Positions 48,316-57,891 of a stretch of DNA of 64,000 nucleotides are shown here, in pieces. Made by a program: the position numbers and the translations under genes. Origin of the DNA: Methanobacteriota archaeon (GTDB lineage: Archaea; Thermoplasmatota; Poseidoniia; Poseidoniales; Poseidoniaceae); contig PAAW01000025.1 of the NCBI GenBank assembly GCA_002699515.1, forward strand, positions 29,000 through 92,999. Reading direction: 5' to 3'. The first letter of the stretch is position 1. Each line of letters begins with the position of its first letter. The notes below the pieces were generated by a model, which saw only the letters and a list, made by a program, of their open reading frames with translations, searched no databases and was not told the origin of the DNA.

Positions 48316-48966
48316 ATGAGCAAAACTCTACTTTTTTTGCTGATTTTTTCCTTGTTAATACCGTCAGGAAGTAGTCATGATGCAAGCGCATTAACAACAA
48401 ATATCAAACAATTAAATGTAGAGCCAAATACTGCAACTATTTTGGTTGGTGATAGTGTCTATTGGATTAATCTTGATAGTAGAGATAATGTGACTCATAG
48501 GATTGTTTTAGATTCAAATGGAGACGGACTTTATAATGGAACAAATGAATGGGATTCAGGAACATTATTAGCATGGACATCAAATGGAACATGTATTGAT
48601 GAAACAGGAAATAAAACACCTGACTGTGCAGTAACTTTTGAAGTATATTTTAATGACACAGCAGATATAGGAACTTATGTATATACAGATATGATTTATT
48701 TGAATGATACGCTTGTTGAAAGTAGAAATTTTACAATAATTGTAAAAGCAGATTCACATATGGATGCAATTAATACATATTGTTTTGGTGATGATTGTGA
48801 TGACGACAAAGTCGATCAATCAGCAATAGAACCTGCAGATAAGATTCAAAATGAAAAACCATATTGGTTATTATTTGTATCAGGCGGAACTGGGCTTTTA
48901 GCATTACTTTTAGGATTGAAGATGGTATTTTCACCTACTAATTTACAATATTATCAAGAAGAATAG
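48316..48966 (+). CDS. Cupredoxin-fold-like exported protein lacking the type-1 copper Cys; C-terminal TM
   Basis: PNTATILVGDSVYWIN...THRIV...WDSGTL...F....GTYVY resembles plastocyanin strands, but no C-x-x-H-x(n)-M loop. Confidence 0.6.
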   Translation: MSKTLLFLLIFSLLIPSGSSHDASALTTNIKQLNVEPNTATILVGDSVYWINLDSRDNVTHRIVLDSNGDGLYNGTNEWDSGTLLAWTSNGTCIDETGNKTPDCAVTFEVYFNDTADIGTYVYTDMIYLNDTLVESRNFTIIVKADSHMDAINTYCFGDDCDDDKVDQSAIEPADKIQNEKPYWLLFVSGGTGLLALLLGLKMVFSPTNLQYYQEE

Positions 48967-48997
48967 ATGTAGATTTAGGTAATGGATTTGATTAAAT

Positions 48998-49735
48998 ATG
49001 GGTAAGCAAATAAGACATGATCATCTTCCATTTCCAATGCCAAAAAGATCACATTCACTTATTCAAGAATGGCGTAATTTGAGCTTTTTACATTGGGAAG
49101 TTGAACCTGAAAAATTGAAACAATATATTCCAGAAGATGTAGAAATAGATTATTTCAATGGCAAATCATATGTTGGAGTAATTCCGTTTTTAATGAAGAA
49201 TGTAAGACCAAGATATTTGCCTTCAGTCCCAGGAATATCAACATTCCCTGAATTTAATATTAGGACATATGTGAAGAAGAATGGGAAGACAGGGGTTCTT
49301 TTTTTGACATTAGATGCTCAAAGTAGAGTTACTTGTGCATATGCACCAAGAGCTTATGGGTTGCCTTACAATTATGCCAAGTGCAAATTAAAGATTAAAG
49401 AAGATTTCTTTGAATGGGAATCAAGAAGATCAAAAGAGGGATTTGAATTAAAGGGAACATGCATTGCAATTAGTGAGGAAATGCAGGCTGAACCTAATAC
49501 AATAGAGGACTTTTTGTTTGAGAGATACTCATTATATGTGAAACATAAGAATAAATCTAAAATGGCATATACATTACACGATCCTTGGAAATTTAAGGAA
49601 GGTAAAGCAACTTTGAGTGTTAATACACTTACAGAATCTTATGATCTAGGAATAAAAAATCCATTAATCCCAGACCTTGTACATATGTCAAATGGTGTTT
49701 ATGTACATACATGGTCTATTGAATCTACGGAGTGA
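48998..49735 (+). CDS. DUF2071 (YqjF-like) protein
   Basis: QEWRNLSFLHW, VGVIPF.M, FPEFNIRTYV, GV.F.TLDA, FLFERY. Confidence 0.88.
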   Translation: MGKQIRHDHLPFPMPKRSHSLIQEWRNLSFLHWEVEPEKLKQYIPEDVEIDYFNGKSYVGVIPFLMKNVRPRYLPSVPGISTFPEFNIRTYVKKNGKTGVLFLTLDAQSRVTCAYAPRAYGLPYNYAKCKLKIKEDFFEWESRRSKEGFELKGTCIAISEEMQAEPNTIEDFLFERYSLYVKHKNKSKMAYTLHDPWKFKEGKATLSVNTLTESYDLGIKNPLIPDLVHMSNGVYVHTWSIESTE

Positions 49736-50124
49736 TTAAAATGATTAGAGGAAAAGATGCATTATTACTTGATGGAGAATGTGGATTATGCAATAAAGTA
49801 GCAATTTTTGTCAACAAACGAAAATCCTTAAAAAAAGAGATAGACTATCTTTCAATAGAATCAGAAGAAGCACAGGAATTAATTGCTAAATTTACTGTAA
49901 AACAAAAAAATGCAGACACTGTATATTTGATACGGAATGGCAAACCATATATTCGTTCAGCAGCAGGTATTAGAATTCTTCTTTATCTGAAATGGTATTA
50001 TGCAATATGGTATCCAATTTGTTGGTTATTTCCTTTACCTCTCCGCGACATTGTATATCGGATTATTGCAATTAATAGGCATAGGTTTTTTAAAAAACCT
50101 GATGTGTGTTTATTCAAAAAATAA
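49732..50124 (+). CDS. DCC1-like thiol-disulfide oxidoreductase (DUF393)
   Basis: LLLDGECGLCN; P..LRD..Y..IA.NRH. Confidence 0.9.
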   Translation: MIKMIRGKDALLLDGECGLCNKVAIFVNKRKSLKKEIDYLSIESEEAQELIAKFTVKQKNADTVYLIRNGKPYIRSAAGIRILLYLKWYYAIWYPICWLFPLPLRDIVYRIIAINRHRFFKKPDVCLFKK

Positions 50125-50126
50125 AA

Positions 50127-52145
50127 TTATTCTTTTGGTGTTAAATTATACCCTTGCTTTTTTGAATTAATTTCTTCAAGTAATTCAGAAATAAAATCAT
50201 TGATTGCAATACCATTTCTTTGAGCATTATTTAATCCTCGAATGCTAACTTGATTATTATTAATTTCTTCGTCACCAATAATTAGAGTATAAGGAGGTTT
50301 TAATTTCCTCAATGTTTTTATTTTTTTACCAATAGTTGAATCAGAGAAATCTGTGTCAACTCTTACTCCTAATGAATGTAATTTTTCTGCAATTTGAGTT
50401 CCATAATCTGAATGTTTTTCAGAAATTGTTGCAATTGCAACTTGTGTTGGAGAGAGCCAAGTAGGAAATTTCCCTGCAAAATGTTCAATTAAAACACCAC
50501 AAAATCGTTCCATTGAACCAAATGGTGCTCTATGAATCATTACAGGTCGATGCTGTTCTCCATCAGAACCAGCATATTGTAAATCAAACCTTTCTGGTAA
50601 ATTATAATCAACTTGTACAGTTCCAAGTTGCCATTCCCTTCCAAGGACATCTTTTACTACAAAATCAATTTTTGGCCCATAAAATGCTGCTTCGCCAGGC
50701 TCCTCTAAGAATTCCACACCAAGGGATTTCGCAGCATTTCTACATGCTTCTTCGGCAGAATCCCAAAGAGTTCCTGAACCTACATATTTACTGCTGTCAG
50801 GGTCTCTTAAACCTACACGAACCCGATAGTTTTCCATACCTAATGTTGAGAATATAGTCTTGACTAAACTGAGGCACCCTAGTAATTCCTCTTCAATTTG
50901 ATCTTTACGACAAAATAAGTGAGCATCATCTTGTGTAAATCCTCTAACTCTAGTCATACCACTTATTTCTCCAGATTGCTCCCAACGATATACAGTTCCG
51001 AATTCAGCCAACCGTAGTGGTAAATCTCTGTAAGATCTCGGTTGAGAGGAATATATCTTGATGTGGTGTGGGCAATTCATAGGTTTCAAAAGATACCCAT
51101 TAAATTCACCTTCCTTCATTTTATTTGCTAAATCCGAACATGAGCATCCCTCATCAGCAAACTTTTTCATTTCATCATGATCAATTAATGGGGGGTATTG
51201 ACTTTCTTGATAATAGGGAAAATGTCCACTTGCTCGATAAAGATCTAATTTTCCGATATGGGGGGTAAAAACTTGTTTGTAATATTGTTTATGAAGTTCT
51301 GAAGAAATAAAATTTTGTAGTTCCTGACGAACACTTGCACCTCTTGGAGTCCATAGGATTAATCCTTGTCCAACTGTTTCATCTATGTGGAATAATTGCA
51401 TATCTTTACCAATTACTCTATGATCTCTTAATTTTGCTTCAGACAATTGCCTAATACGTTCCTTTAGTAATTCTTTGGTAGGATATACCATTCCATAAAT
51501 TCTAATTAATTGATCATTAGATTGGTCACCCCTCCAATATGCTGAAGAAATTGATGTCAATTTGAAGTGCATTAGATTGGAGGTAAAAGGAACATGAGGG
51601 CCTAAGCATAAATCAACAAAATCCCCTTGCTTGTATAGGCTGGATCCTTCACCTGCCTCTAATTTATCATTAATAATTTCAATTTTGTAAGGGTTATCTT
51701 TGAAAATTTCTTTTAATTCATCTTCTGTATATTCAAAGCGTTGAATATTCAAATTTTTCCTGCATATTTCACCCATTTTTTTCTCAATTAATTTTAATTC
51801 ATCGTCCCCTATGTTTTCCATGGAAAAATCATAGTAAAATCCATTTTCAATTGCAGGACCAATTGTAGGTTTTGCGTTAGGAAATAATTCAGTAACTGCC
51901 TGTGCTAATAAGTGGGCACAAGAATGTCTTAAGACATGCATCCCTTCTTCAGAATCAGCCTTAATTCCAGATATTTCACAATCTGTTGATAATTCAAACG
52001 AAAGGTCTCTTTCAACACCATCAATAATTGCAGCAACACAACCATGTTTTCTTCCATGAATATCTGAGATTACTTCTGCCGCAGTAATGCCTGAAGCATA
52101 TTCATTGACTTCTTTAGTCTCCAAGAGAACTGATATCAGTGACAT
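50127..52145 (-). CDS. thrS: Threonine--tRNA ligase (bacterial type)
   Basis: TGS domain, editing RHSCAH...DLCLGPH, KPMNCPHH, RVRGFTQDDAH, GEAAFYGPKID, MIHRAPFGSMERF. Confidence 0.97.
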   Translation of the reverse strand: MSLISVLLETKEVNEYASGITAAEVISDIHGRKHGCVAAIIDGVERDLSFELSTDCEISGIKADSEEGMHVLRHSCAHLLAQAVTELFPNAKPTIGPAIENGFYYDFSMENIGDDELKLIEKKMGEICRKNLNIQRFEYTEDELKEIFKDNPYKIEIINDKLEAGEGSSLYKQGDFVDLCLGPHVPFTSNLMHFKLTSISSAYWRGDQSNDQLIRIYGMVYPTKELLKERIRQLSEAKLRDHRVIGKDMQLFHIDETVGQGLILWTPRGASVRQELQNFISSELHKQYYKQVFTPHIGKLDLYRASGHFPYYQESQYPPLIDHDEMKKFADEGCSCSDLANKMKEGEFNGYLLKPMNCPHHIKIYSSQPRSYRDLPLRLAEFGTVYRWEQSGEISGMTRVRGFTQDDAHLFCRKDQIEEELLGCLSLVKTIFSTLGMENYRVRVGLRDPDSSKYVGSGTLWDSAEEACRNAAKSLGVEFLEEPGEAAFYGPKIDFVVKDVLGREWQLGTVQVDYNLPERFDLQYAGSDGEQHRPVMIHRAPFGSMERFCGVLIEHFAGKFPTWLSPTQVAIATISEKHSDYGTQIAEKLHSLGVRVDTDFSDSTIGKKIKTLRKLKPPYTLIIGDEEINNNQVSIRGLNNAQRNGIAINDFISELLEEINSKKQGYNLTPKE

Positions 52146-52204
52146 GGTTCTGATACTTGCGTTTATGTGGTTATATTTGACAACGCCGCCTTATCTTACA
52201 CTAG

Positions 52205-53398
52205 TTGAGTTATTATGGTGCTTCGTCACGTAGTGTCGTGGCGCGAATTGGTGTACTGGTAAATCCTGATGCAGGCCTCGGTGGGAAATTAGGCTTCAAA
52301 GGTAGTGATGGTCGTGCTGAGGAGGCACGAAACTCAGGTGCCAAAGATCGTGCTGGACCAAGAATGAAGGAAACTTTAACTAATATTTTTGAATTAATTA
52401 TGTTAGGAAGATGTGCAGAATTTGAATTAATCATTTGTGGCGGGAAAATGGGTTCAGATTGGATAAAAGATATCAAATTTAAAGAAACAAAAATAGTTGG
52501 TAATTGGAAAGGTAAGACTACTTCTGAAGATACCTTAAAAGCTGTAGAATTAATTTTGGAAGAAAACATAGATTTGTTACTTTATGCTGGAGGAGATGGG
52601 ACTACAAGAGATATTGTTGAAAAATTAGAGTCATTAAATGCATCCAATATTCCATTGATCGGCGTACCTTCAGGAGTTAAGATGTATTCGGGTTGTTTTG
52701 CAGAGGATACTAATGCTGCAGCAGAAGTTTTAGTTGCATGGATTAATGGAGAATTAGGGTTCTCAACAACAGAAGTACTTGATATGGATGAAGAATCTTA
52801 TCGAAATGGGGAATGGAAGATTGATATGTTTGGGCAAGCAATAACTCCAGCAAGCCCGCTATGGATCCAAGGAAGTAAACATCAAATCCAGGCCATAGGA
52901 GAAGAAGAAGTAATCGAATCATTAAGTGAACATATTTCTGAAATATATATTCAGAATAAAGATAGCATTATTATTTGGGGAGCGGGAGGTAGTCTCAATA
53001 AAATTGCAAAACTTTGTGGTTTGAATACTACATTACTTGGAATTGATATAAGTCAAGGGAATCAATTAATAGGAACTGATTTATCAGAAAATGAGATAAT
53101 AGAAATATTAGAAAATAATGATAAAAGTGAGTTAGTATTATTATTATCTCCAATGGGAGGTCAAGGATTTTTAATTGGTAGAGGCAATTTACAATTATCT
53201 CCCTTAGTATTAAGAAAAATAGGAATTGAAAATATAATGGGTGTTGCTACACCAGCAAAATTGCTTTCAATTTCTAGAATAAGAATTGACACAGGAGATA
53301 CATTGTTAGATAAAGAAATTAGAGGAAAAAAATATATTAAAATGATACAAGGTTATAGGACTATTAAAATTGTAAAAATTGATTCTCCAAATAATTAA
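52205..53398 (+). CDS. ATP-NAD kinase family protein (COG3199-like)
   Basis: VNPDAGLGG...[48 protein letters not shown]; true start probably slightly downstream. Confidence 0.85.
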   Translation: MSYYGASSRSVVARIGVLVNPDAGLGGKLGFKGSDGRAEEARNSGAKDRAGPRMKETLTNIFELIMLGRCAEFELIICGGKMGSDWIKDIKFKETKIVGNWKGKTTSEDTLKAVELILEENIDLLLYAGGDGTTRDIVEKLESLNASNIPLIGVPSGVKMYSGCFAEDTNAAAEVLVAWINGELGFSTTEVLDMDEESYRNGEWKIDMFGQAITPASPLWIQGSKHQIQAIGEEEVIESLSEHISEIYIQNKDSIIIWGAGGSLNKIAKLCGLNTTLLGIDISQGNQLIGTDLSENEIIEILENNDKSELVLLLSPMGGQGFLIGRGNLQLSPLVLRKIGIENIMGVATPAKLLSISRIRIDTGDTLLDKEIRGKKYIKMIQGYRTIKIVKIDSPNN

Positions 53399-55047
53399 AG
53401 TTGCTTTGATGCAGCCATTAATAAACCATAAAACGGCGGACTTGGTTTTGTAGGTCTGGTTTTAAATTCAGGATGATATTGAGTAGCGAAGAAAAACGGG
53501 TGATTTGAAAGCTCAATAATTTCCATACGCTGCCCAGTTTCATCTTTGCCTACAAAATTCATGCCCGAGGATTCAACCTTTTCAATAATATCTGGATTAA
53601 CTTCATATCTATGTCGATGTCTTTCAAAAACTATTTTGGCACCGTTATACAATCTTGAAGCCATACTTTTTCCGTCTTTGATTATTGTTCCTCGAGAACC
53701 TAATCGCATAGTTCCTCCAAGGTGTGTTTTGGATATTTCAGGCATATAAATTACAACAGGATGAGGAGTATTATCATTGAATTCTGTTGAATTAGCACTC
53801 TCCCATTTCAAAACATTCCTACAAAATTCAATAATTGCTATTTGTAATCCTAAGCAAATTCCAAGATATGGTGTAGATGAGGTACGTGCATATTCAGCAG
53901 CTAATATTTTTCCTTCAATTCCTCTGTCACCAAATCCACCAGGAACTAAAATGCCATCTGCGTTTTTCAATCTCTCCCAAGAGTCTGCATGAATTTGCGG
54001 ATCTGATTTAGCAACATTTTCTTCTAGGTTACTTGCCTCAATCCATTCGATTACTAACTTTCTAGATGCAGCGATAGATGCATGATTTAATGCTTTAATT
54101 ACTGATAAATAAGAATCCGAGAGGCCTGTATATTTCCCAACCATTGCAATGCAAATTTCTTCAGTAAGGTCATCTACATTTGTAGCCATTTCCCTCCAAT
54201 TATCTAATAGGGACCTCTCTACAGGAATCTTAAAACCAAATTTTTGTGAAAGTAGAACTAATACACCTTGTTGATCAAGTAAAAGTGGTACTCGGTAAAT
54301 ATTTGAAACATCACTTGCAGATAATACGGCATTAGGTTTAACATGACAAAACAAAGCAATTTTTTGTCTCGCATCTTCAGACAAGGGACTTTCTGAACGG
54401 CAAATAATGATATTTGGAGTAATACCCAAACCTCTTAAATCACGCACGGAGTGTTGAGTAGGTTTGGTTTTTTGTTCACCAACTGGGCCCATTACTGGGA
54501 TTAGAGATACATGAACAAAGCAAATATTTTCAGGCCCTACTCTAAATTGAAATTGTCTCAGAGCTTCAATAAATGGTGCACTTTCTATGTCTCCAACAGT
54601 TCCACCTAATTCTACAACACATACATCAGGAGTTTTATTCGTTCCATCTTCAGGTCTGTGTGCAACTTCTTCGATCCAATCTTGAATTGAATCGGTAATG
54701 TGAGGCACGACTTGTACAGTTTTCCCAAGATAATCACCTCTCCTTTCAGATTCAATTACTTTAGAATATATTTTACCTGTTGTTAGATTATTATCTCGTC
54801 CTAAAGTTACATCAAGAAAACGTTCATAATTACCTAAATCTAAATCTGCTTCTCCGCCGTCATCCAAAACAAAAACTTCCCCATGTTCAAAGGGACTCAT
54901 TGTACCAGCATCACTATTCAAATAAGGGTCTATTTTAATCGCAGTTACGCATAATCCTGCTGATTTTAGCAATACGCCAAGACTGGAGGCAGTTACACCT
55001 TTCCCTAATCCACTTAGGACTCCACCCGACACTATGACGTATTTCAT
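53395..55047 (-). CDS. pyrG: CTP synthase
   Basis: [51 protein letters not shown]. Confidence 0.98.
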   Translation of the reverse strand: MKYVIVSGGVLSGLGKGVTASSLGVLLKSAGLCVTAIKIDPYLNSDAGTMSPFEHGEVFVLDDGGEADLDLGNYERFLDVTLGRDNNLTTGKIYSKVIESERRGDYLGKTVQVVPHITDSIQDWIEEVAHRPEDGTNKTPDVCVVELGGTVGDIESAPFIEALRQFQFRVGPENICFVHVSLIPVMGPVGEQKTKPTQHSVRDLRGLGITPNIIICRSESPLSEDARQKIALFCHVKPNAVLSASDVSNIYRVPLLLDQQGVLVLLSQKFGFKIPVERSLLDNWREMATNVDDLTEEICIAMVGKYTGLSDSYLSVIKALNHASIAASRKLVIEWIEASNLEENVAKSDPQIHADSWERLKNADGILVPGGFGDRGIEGKILAAEYARTSSTPYLGICLGLQIAIIEFCRNVLKWESANSTEFNDNTPHPVVIYMPEISKTHLGGTMRLGSRGTIIKDGKSMASRLYNGAKIVFERHRHRYEVNPDIIEKVESSGMNFVGKDETGQRMEIIELSNHPFFFATQYHPEFKTRPTKPSPPFYGLLMAASKQL

Positions 55048-55173
55048 GCCATCAACGGGGTACTAATCCCTTCGTCCCCTTTAATTATCATTTTGTTTAA
55101 TTTTGATTTTTAAGCACTAAATTTCACAATTAGCACCTTTAGATTCAAGTATCGACTATCTTGTAGAAGGGTT

Positions 55174-56121
55174 ATGGGGGAGACTATAGAAAGAAGAATT
55201 TTAGTCACAGGTGCCCTCGGCCAAATTGGAATAGAATTATTAAATGCTTTATCAAATAAATTTGGTCCTGAAAGTATTGTTGCTACAGATATTCGCGAAA
55301 CAGATAAGTTAGAGGATACTGGAATCAGGTTTTTAAAATTAGATGTACTTGATTTAGAAAAATTAGAGAGTCTAATCAAAGAATTTAAAATTAATGAAGT
55401 GTATCATCTAGCAGCAATTTTATCTGCAGCTGGTGAAAAAAATCCAGAATTATGTTGGAAAATAAATATGGATGGATTATTGAATGTTTTAGAATTATCA
55501 CGAAAATATAAATTTAGAATCTTTACTCCTTCATCAATTGCAGTTTTCGGTTCAGATGTAGGTAATCTAGCTTTTCAAAATTCACCATTAAACCCCTCTA
55601 CAATATATGGAGTCACAAAGGTTGCAGGTGAATTAATTTCGGAGTATTATCATTCAGTACACGGTGTTGATATCAGAGGATTACGTTATCCGGGACTTAT
55701 TTCATGGAAAGTAATGCCAGGAGGAGGAACTACAGATTATGCAGTTGAAATTTTTCATGAGGCTATTTCATCAAAAAAATACACTTGTTTTGTTGAAAAA
55801 GATACCAGACTTCCAATGATGTATATGGATGATGCGATTAGGGCAACACTCCAATTAATGGATGCTCCAAGCGAAAATCTCACAATACGAGGAGGCTATA
55901 ATTTACCTAGTTTAAATTTCACTGCAGAAGAATTATCACAAAAAATACAAGAAAAGATACCAGGATTTGAATGTGCATTTGTCCCAGATCATCGTCAAGA
56001 ATATGCAAATACATGGCCAGATGAAACGGATGGAACACTATCAGAACTAGAGTGGGGGTTTAAATTAGAGTATGATTTAGATTTAATGTGTACAAAAATG
56101 ATAGAATCATTAAGTAAATGA
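55174..56121 (+). CDS. L-threonine 3-dehydrogenase (SDR/epimerase type)
   Basis: TGALGQIG, HLAAILSAAGE, PSSIAVFG, YGVTK, PGGGTTDYAV, LPMMYMDDA, WPD. Confidence 0.88.
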   Translation: MGETIERRILVTGALGQIGIELLNALSNKFGPESIVATDIRETDKLEDTGIRFLKLDVLDLEKLESLIKEFKINEVYHLAAILSAAGEKNPELCWKINMDGLLNVLELSRKYKFRIFTPSSIAVFGSDVGNLAFQNSPLNPSTIYGVTKVAGELISEYYHSVHGVDIRGLRYPGLISWKVMPGGGTTDYAVEIFHEAISSKKYTCFVEKDTRLPMMYMDDAIRATLQLMDAPSENLTIRGGYNLPSLNFTAEELSQKIQEKIPGFECAFVPDHRQEYANTWPDETDGTLSELEWGFKLEYDLDLMCTKMIESLSK

Positions 56122-56124
56122 TTA

Positions 56125-57753
56125 TTATTCATGATCTTCTTCTTCACCAATGCCTTCAGGAATAGTAGGATCATTTTTTGCCCAAAGAACATCATCAATT
56201 CTCAATATACTTATTGCTGCAGAAGTAGATCCCGCTAAGCATTGTTTATGATTCTGTATTGTTTCTATGACACCTAAATCGTACATATTTGATATCGTAG
56301 AATTATGAATATTTATTCCTAATTTACTAGAGAGGCCAGACTTTGCAGAAGCCTGTGCAGCATTTAGTGCTAATATTTGGTCAATAGGATCCAACCCCGC
56401 ATTAATTGCTAATGTACGAGGTATGATTTCCAAAGCATCAGCATATGCAAGTATTGCAAGAGACTCTCTCCCTTCAAATTCTTGTGACCATTCTTTCAAA
56501 GTTCTACTTAATGCCATCTGAGTTGCTCCCCCCCCAGAAAGAACTTTTCCATTTTCAATTATTTGGCATGCGACAGCCAAAGCATCTGAAAATGAAATTT
56601 CTATTTCTTGTATTAGTTGTTCACTGCTCCCTCTAATTACTAAAGTAACACCACTTTGTTTTGTTCCCTTTAGAATCCAATGCACAACTCCAGCCCAGTT
56701 TTCTTCATAACTTTCACAAAAGATTCCCAAATCACTTTTTTTTGCAGACATTGGTGATGCTACAATGGATGCAGAACAGGCTCTTGACAATAGTTCGAAA
56801 TCATTTCTTTCAACTCTCCGGTAAGCAGTAATTCCACTTTTTTCTAATAGTCGGATAGCAGCATCATCAATACCCTCTCTACACACAACAATGGTAGGTT
56901 TTAGTTGAATTATATTTTCTATTTGTTTTGATATTAATTCTAACTCTTTATCTCTAAAGGCAGATATCATTGATGGATCCGAGAAATTAATTTTTGATTG
57001 AATTGTAGTTTTTCTTTTTTCAATTCCTCCATCAATAATTAATATGGTTCCCTCTTCATGATTTCTTTTCATATCTGGACTACATGCCTGCTTTGCAAGA
57101 ACTAATCCTTCCACAAGGTAACTGTCAGTCGCAACACCACCTTTTTGGGAAATAATTTTCACATTATTTGGATTTGCGGTAATTCCACTATTCTGAGATA
57201 TTGAGATGCCTTTTGCTGCTTTACATGTTAATCTCGTAAGAGTATCTTGTAACTTTAATCCCCCAATTCCAGATAGAGATGTTTTCGTAGCAGATTCTAA
57301 GAGATTATCTTCAGTAATTTTAATTGCAAATTTTTCAATTAATTCATTACATTTGTTATATGCAAGAGAATATCCATTTACTATAATTGATGGATGAATC
57401 CCCTTGACATATAATTCCCAAGCATTTTGTAATAATTCAGAAGCTAATAAGACGGAGGTTGTTGTACCGTCTTGAACAGTATTTTCCTGATTAATAGCAA
57501 TATCAATTAGCATTTTAGCAATAGGATGTTCAATTTTCGCATTTTTTAATACTGTCACACCATCATTCGTGATTTTCACAGATCCATTGTCAGAAACTAG
57601 CATTTTATCTAGGCCTTTGGGACCCAAAGTCGATTTTATTGCTTCAGATAATGCATCCGCAGCCTCAATATTTCGGAATAAAGCCTCTTTTCCTTTGATA
57701 CGACTTGTATCATTCAATAACTGGGCTTCATCTCCTCCACTCATTTCAAACAA
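56125..57753 (-). CDS. Group II chaperonin (thermosome) subunit, divergent paralogue
   Basis: STLGPKGLDKML, ITNDGVT, QDGTTT, GGGA, IPRTLA.NAG.DPID, ILRIDD. Confidence 0.92.
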   Translation of the reverse strand: MFEMSGGDEAQLLNDTSRIKGKEALFRNIEAADALSEAIKSTLGPKGLDKMLVSDNGSVKITNDGVTVLKNAKIEHPIAKMLIDIAINQENTVQDGTTTSVLLASELLQNAWELYVKGIHPSIIVNGYSLAYNKCNELIEKFAIKITEDNLLESATKTSLSGIGGLKLQDTLTRLTCKAAKGISISQNSGITANPNNVKIISQKGGVATDSYLVEGLVLAKQACSPDMKRNHEEGTILIIDGGIEKRKTTIQSKINFSDPSMISAFRDKELELISKQIENIIQLKPTIVVCREGIDDAAIRLLEKSGITAYRRVERNDFELLSRACSASIVASPMSAKKSDLGIFCESYEENWAGVVHWILKGTKQSGVTLVIRGSSEQLIQEIEISFSDALAVACQIIENGKVLSGGGATQMALSRTLKEWSQEFEGRESLAILAYADALEIIPRTLAINAGLDPIDQILALNAAQASAKSGLSSKLGINIHNSTISNMYDLGVIETIQNHKQCLAGSTSAAISILRIDDVLWAKNDPTIPEGIGEEEDHE

Positions 57754-57841
57754 TGGGTCGAATTAACAGTTAGTATTAAGCCCATCTGAAAAGTGTTTGA
57801 TTGTTGATACAAATGTAAATTTAACTCTAAATGAAAAAATG

Positions 57842-57886
57842 TTTATATATCTCCACTATACAACCTCAGGTTACCTAGTGGAGTGA
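57842..57886 (+). promoter_or_regulatory. sHSP-dnaK promoter: TATA box followed by a 33-bp dyad (candidate heat-shock operator) and SD
   Basis: TTTATATAT, then CTCCACTA-tac-AACCT-C-AGGTT-acc-TAGTGGAG, then GGAGTGA. Confidence 0.65.
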
Positions 57887-57891
57887 TAAGC

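Noticed and set aside
50127..56121. thrS and threonine dehydrogenase as a threonine-regulated cluster
   Set aside because: They are separated by two unrelated genes, lie in different transcription units, and there is no room for a T-box or attenuator leader.
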